From Alkanindiges sp. WGS2144 (GTDB lineage: Bacteria > Pseudomonadota > Gammaproteobacteria > Pseudomonadales > Moraxellaceae), in NCBI RefSeq assembly GCF_043950625.1, contig NZ_CP171007.1: a stretch of DNA of 32,000 nt, one strand, 5' to 3'. The position numbers were made by a program, and so were the translations under genes. Below, in pieces: positions 26,215 to 32,000 of the stretch. Each line of letters begins with the position of its first letter. Positions within the stretch are counted from its first letter, which is position 1. The notes below the pieces were generated by a model. It searched no databases. It was not told the DNA's origin and saw nothing but the letters and a program-made list of their open reading frames with translations.

Positions 26215-28986
26215 ATGGTAAAAATAATCGATCAGCAGCTCCAGCGCACCTTAACCGCCAGCAATTATGCCCGACAGGTCATGCAGCAGTTGCCGGAACA
26301 GTGGCAGGAAGATTATCAGCGTGACCAGTTCAGCACGGCTCTTGGCAGTGAAGAAATTCGACAATTCGTGGCACAGCATTTATCAGACTGTATGGATGAA
26401 ACTCAATGGATGCAGGCTGCCCGACATTTACGCGCCCGACTGATGTTACGCTGGATTTGGCAAGATGCCAACGCGCTTACCACCATCGTACAACTGACCC
26501 GCGAACTGTCCGATTTTGCTGATGCCTGTATTCAGTCAGCGGTTAACTTTGCCCGCCAGCCTCTGGTTGCCAAATATGGTGAGCCAATTGGCTGGGATGG
26601 CAAGGTACAGGACTTAATAGTGATTGGAATGGGCAAGCTCGGTGCACAGGAGCTTAACCTGTCCAGCGATATTGACCTGATTTTTGCCTTTGATGAAGCC
26701 GGGGAAACCAATGGCCAAAAATCTGAGGCGAAAAAATGCATTGATAACCAGCAGTTTTGTATTTTATGGGGACAAAGTGTTATCCGTCTACTAGAGCAAG
26801 TGACTGGGGATGGTTTTGTATTTAGGGTGGATATGCGCCTGCGTCCCTGGGGTGATGGCAGTGCACTGGCGATTAGTTATGCTGCCTTGGAGCGTTATCT
26901 GGCGCAGCATGGCCGTGAGTGGGAGCGCTATGCGTGGATCAAGGCGCGCGCCATAACAGGTGGTAAAGTGGGTGAGCAGCTGGTAGAGATGACACGTCCC
27001 TTTGTATATCGCCGCTATGTGGACTACACGGCATTTTCAGCCATGCGTGCCATGAAAACCCTGATTAAACGAGAGATTTTACGCCGTAATACACTAGATG
27101 ATATCAAGCTGGGCTATGGTGGAATTCGTGAAGTTGAATTTATTGTACAGGTCTTCCAGCTTATTTATGGTGGCGCAAGAAAAGAGCTACGGGTGCGGCA
27201 CTGCTTAACGGCACTGCAAAAGCTGAGTGAATTGGGTTTTATTGAAGCCGGGGATGAGCAGGCGCTGCATAACAGTTATCTGTTTTTACGCCGGCTGGAG
27301 CATGCCTTGCAAGCAATGGATGATCAGCAAACCCAGCATCTACCAGTGCAGGCTGATATTCAGGAGCGCATTGCGCAGGTTTTAGGTTTTAAGGACTGGC
27401 CGCAGTTACTGGATCAGCTTAACCAGGTGCGTCTGGTCGTGAGTCAGCAGTTTAACCAGCTCATTAGTGACCGTGGAGAGCTACCGGAAACACTAGATAA
27501 GGAGCAATTAAACCAGACGCTTCAGGACAAAATTGATGAGCCTAGCTGGCAACTGGTACAGGGGTTCTGGAATAGCAATGCAGTAAAGAAATTGCCTGAG
27601 AATGCCCGAATACGCCTCGATGCTTTCTGGCCGGCAATGCTTGAAATTTTACTGCAAAAAAAAGACCCACAGACTGCCTTAGTGCGTTTAATCCCCTTAA
27701 TTGAAAGTATTCTAAGGCGCAGCGTGTATCTGGTCATGCTGGTGGAAAACAGGGGTGCCTTGCAGCGACTGGTTGATATTGTGGCGGTCAGTCCATGGAT
27801 TAGTGAGGAGCTCACCTTTTATCCGGTATTGCTGGATGAGTTTTTATCGACCGATTTTGAGCTGCCGTCGCGTGCCGATCTTGAAGATAACCTGCGTCAG
27901 CTGTTGCTACGGGTTGACCCGGCTGATGTAGAAGAACAAATGCGTATATTGCGCCTGTTTAAAAAAAGTCAGGTACTGGCGGTGGCAGCCAGTGATGTGC
28001 TGGCAGAGCGTCCTCTTATGAAAGTGTCCGATGCGCTAACCGATATTGCAGAGGTGGTTTTACAGGCCAGTTTAAATTTGGCGATTCATGCTGTTTATGC
28101 ACGCCATGGACTACCTTTGCGTAACAATGGTGAAGCACTTACTCTGGACGCGGCCGCTTTTGCCATTGTGGGTTATGGCAAACTAGGTGGTATTGAGCTG
28201 GGCTATGGTTCAGACCTTGATCTGGTATTTTTACATGATGTGGATGAGCAGTCAGACACAGACGGACGGCGCTCCATTAGTGGTATGGAGTTTTGTGTCA
28301 AGGTAGCACAAAAACTGATGTCACTGCTTTCTACCCAAACCCTGGATGGCCGGATTTATGAGGTGGATACCCGATTGCGGCCATCCGGGCAGTCAGGTGT
28401 TCTGGTTTCCAGTTTAACCGCCTTTGAGCATTATCAGGACAAAAGTGCCTGGCTATGGGAGCATCAGGCGCTGGTGCGGGCGCGTAGTGTGGCTGGTGAT
28501 GCCCAGGTGCGCCAGCGCTTTGAGCAAATACGCTGCCGTATTTTAACCCGTCCACGCAATGAGGACTGGGTGCGCCTTGAAGTGCAATCCATGCGGCAAA
28601 AAATGAAAGACCATCTGGGCTCGACCCCGGAACAGCAAAAAGCCGGGATTTTTCATTTAAAACATGATGCAGGTGGTATCGTTGATATTGAATTTATGGC
28701 ACAGTATGCAGTGCTCGCTTGGAGCGGGACGAATCCAGATCTCGCCCGTTTCTCCGATAATGTACGCATCCTTGATGACACAGCAACGGCTGGCTGCTTA
28801 TCCCGCAGTGATGCTGATGCTTTGACTGCCGCGTACTTGCGTGAACGTACCGAAAGCCACCGGTTAGCCCTTGCCCAGCAATCCCTGCAAGTTGATGCTG
28901 CCGACTGGCTTGAGACCCGCAAGGTCGTTTGCACACTATGGCAACATTTAATTGATCCAGCCGGACAATTGGAGCTGGACGAGTAA
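26215..28986 (+). CDS. glnE: Bifunctional glutamine synthetase adenylyltransferase/adenylyl-removing enzyme
   Basis: Two nucleotidyltransferase modules (GMGKLGAQELNLSSDIDLIF...RVDMRLRPWG and GYGKLGGIELGYGSDLDLVF...EVDTRLRPSG). Start trimmed to ATG 26215 (AGAGG upstream); the track ORF from 26074 overlaps the divergent SIMPL gene. Confidence 0.95.
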   Translation: MVKIIDQQLQRTLTASNYARQVMQQLPEQWQEDYQRDQFSTALGSEEIRQFVAQHLSDCMDETQWMQAARHLRARLMLRWIWQDANALTTIVQLTRELSDFADACIQSAVNFARQPLVAKYGEPIGWDGKVQDLIVIGMGKLGAQELNLSSDIDLIFAFDEAGETNGQKSEAKKCIDNQQFCILWGQSVIRLLEQVTGDGFVFRVDMRLRPWGDGSALAISYAALERYLAQHGREWERYAWIKARAITGGKVGEQLVEMTRPFVYRRYVDYTAFSAMRAMKTLIKREILRRNTLDDIKLGYGGIREVEFIVQVFQLIYGGARKELRVRHCLTALQKLSELGFIEAGDEQALHNSYLFLRRLEHALQAMDDQQTQHLPVQADIQERIAQVLGFKDWPQLLDQLNQVRLVVSQQFNQLISDRGELPETLDKEQLNQTLQDKIDEPSWQLVQGFWNSNAVKKLPENARIRLDAFWPAMLEILLQKKDPQTALVRLIPLIESILRRSVYLVMLVENRGALQRLVDIVAVSPWISEELTFYPVLLDEFLSTDFELPSRADLEDNLRQLLLRVDPADVEEQMRILRLFKKSQVLAVAASDVLAERPLMKVSDALTDIAEVVLQASLNLAIHAVYARHGLPLRNNGEALTLDAAAFAIVGYGKLGGIELGYGSDLDLVFLHDVDEQSDTDGRRSISGMEFCVKVAQKLMSLLSTQTLDGRIYEVDTRLRPSGQSGVLVSSLTAFEHYQDKSAWLWEHQALVRARSVAGDAQVRQRFEQIRCRILTRPRNEDWVRLEVQSMRQKMKDHLGSTPEQQKAGIFHLKHDAGGIVDIEFMAQYAVLAWSGTNPDLARFSDNVRILDDTATAGCLSRSDADALTAAYLRERTESHRLALAQQSLQVDAADWLETRKVVCTLWQHLIDPAGQLELDE

Positions 28987-29010
28987 GCTTTTATGCAAAA
29001 AAGCTTTTTT
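28985..29010 (+). terminator. Weak AT-rich terminator after glnE
   Basis: 8-bp stem AAGCTTTT (28985-28992) / AAAAGCTT (28999-29006), then TTTT. The stem is entirely low-GC. Confidence 0.4.
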
Positions 29011-29045
29011 ACAGTATTTTGTAGGACATGTGGAGTAATAACGCC

Positions 29046-29972
29046 GTGAGTATGGCTGATCGTGATGGGTTAATTTGGCAAGATGGCAAACTGCTTGACT
29101 GGCGTGATGCAAAAATTCATGTATTAACGCATACCTTACATTATGGCATGGGTGTGTTTGAGGGTGTACGTGCTTACGAAACTGAGCAGGGTACCGTAAT
29201 TTTTAAGTTACGTGAACATACCCAGCGCCTGCTCAACTCCGCCCGTATTTTTCAAATGAAAGTACCTTATGATCTGGCAACCTTAGAAGAAGCGCAAAAA
29301 GCAGTCGTGCGTGAAAATAATCTGAAATCCTGCTATTTGCGTCCAATTGCATGGATCGGCTCTGAAAAGCTGGGTATTGCGGCCAAAAGCAATCAGGTGC
29401 ATGTGGCAATCGCTGCCTGGCCGTGGGGCGCTTATCTGGGTGCAGAAGGCATGGAAAAAGGCATCCGGGTAAAGACTTCTTCATTTACTCATCATCAGCC
29501 TAACATCACCATGTGTAAGGCCAAAGCAGTGGGCAACTATCCGGTTTCAATTCTGGCAAACCAGGAAGTGACTGCTGCTGGCTATGATGAAGCCATTCTG
29601 CTGGATCCGCATGGTTTTGTATGTCAGGGCGCTGGTGAGAACATTTTTATTGTTCAGGATGGGGTATTGCATACGCCTGATCTGGGCTGTGGTGCACTAG
29701 ATGGCATTACCCGTCAAACCATTATTCAGATTGCCACTGATCTTGGCATTAAGGTGGTTGAGCGCCGTATTACACGTGATGAAGTTTATATTGCAGATGA
29801 AGCGTTTTTAACCGGAACAGCCGCAGAAGTTACTCCAATTCGTGAATATGACGACCGTCCAATCGGCATTGGTAGTCGTGGGCCAATCACCGAAAAGCTG
29901 CAAACCATCTTCTTTGAAGCAGTAACCGGTAAGCGTGAAGAATATCGCCACTGGCTGACCCCGGTCGCCTAA
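29046..29972 (+). CDS. ilvE: Branched-chain amino acid aminotransferase
   Basis: Colinear with E. coli IlvE (HTLHYGMGVFEGVRAY, FPWGAYLG, GAGENIF..DGVL.TP, ITR, GTAAEVTPI). Start is probably GTG 29046 (GGAG 10 nt upstream; 308 aa) or ATG 29052. Confidence 0.9.
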   Translation: MSMADRDGLIWQDGKLLDWRDAKIHVLTHTLHYGMGVFEGVRAYETEQGTVIFKLREHTQRLLNSARIFQMKVPYDLATLEEAQKAVVRENNLKSCYLRPIAWIGSEKLGIAAKSNQVHVAIAAWPWGAYLGAEGMEKGIRVKTSSFTHHQPNITMCKAKAVGNYPVSILANQEVTAAGYDEAILLDPHGFVCQGAGENIFIVQDGVLHTPDLGCGALDGITRQTIIQIATDLGIKVVERRITRDEVYIADEAFLTGTAAEVTPIREYDDRPIGIGSRGPITEKLQTIFFEAVTGKREEYRHWLTPVA

Positions 29973-29979
29973 GAAAAAC

Positions 29980-30032
29980 AGGCTTAAGCTCTTGGTTTTA
30001 CTATTGTAGAGTCAAGGGATTAAGCCTTTTTT
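29980..30032 (+). terminator. Terminator-like extended hairpin after ilvE
   Basis: Outer stem AGGCTTAA (29980-29987) / TTAAGCCT (20-27 of 300xx, i.e. 30020-30027) enclosing a partly paired 32-nt loop, followed by a T-run to 30032. Confidence 0.45.
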
Positions 30033-30040
30033 CCTTTCCT

Positions 30041-30964
30041 ATGCAAATCTGGTATATCAGTGATGGCAAGGCCGGGCATCGTGCTCAGGCATTAGGGCTC
30101 ATTGCTGCGCTAGAGCGTCAGCTGATTCAGGTTCAGTGGCTGGAACTTGCTGCCCAGCAGTTATCAGTGTCTGCATTATTACTACATTGGCTCAGTGCAG
30201 GTTCTTTTGGGCACTTGCCAGAGTTGATCAAAAACACTTCATCCCCGGACTTGATTATTGGGGTAGGGCATCAAACCCATTGGAAAGTTCTATTACTTAA
30301 AAGAAATTTTCCTGCGGCAAAAACCCTGGTGTTAATGCAGCCGAGCTTGCCACTAAGCTGGTTTGATTACCTGATTATCCCTGAGCATGATTCACCCGTA
30401 ACCCAACCCAATGTGTTCATTAGCCGCGGGGTATTAAATCCTGTGATTAATGAGCAGCGACATCAGCCAGGGCGGGGATTAATCTTGATCGGCGGGCCGT
30501 CCAAGCGGCATGGCTGGTCTGACCCGGATATACTTTTTCAACTACAGCAAATTTTTGCACAATATCAGGGTGATGAACTGATTGTCACGACATCACGCCG
30601 TACGCCTGAGCATTTTTTACAGCAGGAATTTTTTCAGTATCTTCCCGAGTATGCCAGGCTGTGTCCGGTTGAACATACCCCGGTAGGTTGGTTGTTTGAG
30701 CAGTTACAGCTGTCTGCTATGGTGTGGGTTACTGAAGATAGCATATCCATGCTATATGAAGCACTAACGGCAGGCTGTCAGGTGCAATTGATTGCTATGC
30801 CGCGTCTTAAGCGAGATCGTATTACCTACTCTATTGACCAGTTGCTGGAGCAGCATATCGTTGGTCGCTCTGGCCAGCCAGCTATTGATCAGATTGTACC
30901 CGCTCCATTAAATGAGGCTGATCGTGCAGCTAACTGGCTTATTCAACAAATACAAGGCGAATAG
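30041..30964 (+). CDS. gtrOC1: ELM1/GtrOC1-family putative glycosyltransferase (first gene of an LOS outer-core-type locus)
   Basis: MQIWYISDGKAGHRAQALGL N-terminus and overall ELM1 (DUF1022)-like layout. The position immediately downstream of ilvE matches the Acinetobacter outer-core locus arrangement as I remember it. Confidence 0.65.
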   Translation: MQIWYISDGKAGHRAQALGLIAALERQLIQVQWLELAAQQLSVSALLLHWLSAGSFGHLPELIKNTSSPDLIIGVGHQTHWKVLLLKRNFPAAKTLVLMQPSLPLSWFDYLIIPEHDSPVTQPNVFISRGVLNPVINEQRHQPGRGLILIGGPSKRHGWSDPDILFQLQQIFAQYQGDELIVTTSRRTPEHFLQQEFFQYLPEYARLCPVEHTPVGWLFEQLQLSAMVWVTEDSISMLYEALTAGCQVQLIAMPRLKRDRITYSIDQLLEQHIVGRSGQPAIDQIVPAPLNEADRAANWLIQQIQGE

Positions 30965-30966
30965 GC

Positions 30967-31782
30967 ATGAACATCTGGCTTGTTTTTTTTATTGTAATAA
31001 TTGGTCTGGCCTGGTTTAGTTACCGTTATGCCTGGTGGCGCTTACCTGTAGACTGGAGCCGTCCGCGTGTATTGATGTATCACATGGTACGTGAGCCTAT
31101 ACCTGCGGCAAAATTTAATAAACTACGGGTTAAACCGGCTGAATTTGAAAAGCAGCTGGCTTGGATGCAAGCGCAGGGTTTTCATTTTGTGACCATGCAG
31201 GAGTTACAAAAAAACTGGGGAAAGCACCCGAAAAAAACTGTAGCCATTACCTTTGATGATGGTTATCTGGATAATCTGGAGCTAGCCTATCCGATACTCA
31301 AAAGATATCAGGCTAAAGCTACAATTTACGTAGTGGTAGACCGGCATGACCGGGATTGGTCTACTTATAAAAAAGCCCATCATAATAGTGGTGAGCTGGC
31401 ACGTGAGCCTAAACTGAATGATGAGCAAGTGCAGCTTCTGGCGAATAGTGATTTAATTGAAATTGGTTCACATACTCTCACACATGCAAATTTAAATAAG
31501 TTAAATGACGAAGTGTGTTTTAAAGAGCTGCTGGAATCCAGACTACAACTGGAGCAATTGATTAAGCATCCTGTAACCAGTTTTGCTTATCCGTTTGGAA
31601 TTTATTCTATGCGTGATGTTAAGCTCGCCAGACAAGCGGGTTATCAAAATGCCGTTACTACCCAAGAAGGCATTGATACTGAGCAAGCTGATTTTATGCA
31701 ATTACAACGAATAAAAGTTAGTGGTAAAGATGGCTTGCTTGCTTTTAAATGTCGGATAAGAACAGGACAGCGGGGACTATAA
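30967..31782 (+). CDS. Polysaccharide deacetylase (NodB homology domain) with N-terminal TM anchor
   Basis: TM helix IWLVFFIVIIGLAWF. NodB motifs VAITFDDGYLDN and GSHTLTHANL. Starts 2 nt after the previous stop. Confidence 0.8.
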   Translation: MNIWLVFFIVIIGLAWFSYRYAWWRLPVDWSRPRVLMYHMVREPIPAAKFNKLRVKPAEFEKQLAWMQAQGFHFVTMQELQKNWGKHPKKTVAITFDDGYLDNLELAYPILKRYQAKATIYVVVDRHDRDWSTYKKAHHNSGELAREPKLNDEQVQLLANSDLIEIGSHTLTHANLNKLNDEVCFKELLESRLQLEQLIKHPVTSFAYPFGIYSMRDVKLARQAGYQNAVTTQEGIDTEQADFMQLQRIKVSGKDGLLAFKCRIRTGQRGL

Positions 31783-31783
31783 C

Positions 31784-32000
31784 ATGGCAAGAATTAGTAT
31801 TGTCATGGCAGGCGATGAGGAAGGCGGCCTAGAAAAGCATGTGATTGAGCTATGTAATGGTTTGGCTGCCAAAGGTGAGCAAGTTAGCCTGATTGCTCAT
31901 AGCAAATATGAGAATCGTCTGGAAAAACAAGTTACTTTTTATCCAGTGGATCTAAGTAGAGGTCGACGCAATCCACTAGTGCTATGGCAACTTTATCAGG
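31784..32000 (+). CDS. Glycosyltransferase family 4-like, N-terminal fragment (3' end off-window)
   Basis: MARISIVMAGDEEGGLEKHVIELCNGLAAKGEQVSLIAH is a typical GT4 N-terminal Rossmann start. The ATG lies 1 nt after the previous stop, and the ORF stays open to the window end. Confidence 0.7.
   Translation, partial: MARISIVMAGDEEGGLEKHVIELCNGLAAKGEQVSLIAHSKYENRLEKQVTFYPVDLSRGRRNPLVLWQLYQ

Overview
The window reads as a gammaproteobacterial chromosome segment, most likely Moraxellaceae or Acinetobacter-like. This placement is inferred from the glnE-ilvE-ELM1/GtrOC1-deacetylase-glycosyltransferase order and a META/DUF4377 lipoprotein; it was not checked by any search. Most of the window is compact housekeeping DNA: yaaA (partial), a Tsx/OmpK-type porin, rsmD, mrdA, a sodium:solute symporter, a DUF445 protein, adk, nth with an RnfB-like ferredoxin, gdhA, ygiD, rlmH, lon, queA, tgt, glnE and ilvE. 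Several clean rho-independent terminators sit between convergent genes. Two regions look accessory. (1) A roughly 4.4-kb phage-derived island lies between lon and the 3' end of a tRNA-Leu(CAA). It carries an intact, translationally coupled leftward operon (AAA_24/Sak4-like ATPase, RecB-type PD-(D/E)XK nuclease, DUF1367, ERF recombinase), an ORF-free AT-rich control region and two small orphan ORFs. It has no integrase, repressor, structural or lysis genes and no att repeat visible by eye. (2) The last 2 kb is the start of a lipooligosaccharide outer-core-type glycosyltransferase/deacetylase cluster downstream of ilvE. I saw no CRISPR array, IS element, rRNA or obvious toxin-antitoxin pair. I cannot point to a convincingly novel multi-gene system. 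The best candidate for follow-up is the integrase-less recombination island and its unexplained non-coding segments. Several ORF-track starts were trimmed using Shine-Dalgarno position and homolog length: adk, gdhA, lon, glnE, ilvE, queA, mrdA, and the lipoprotein and secreted proteins.
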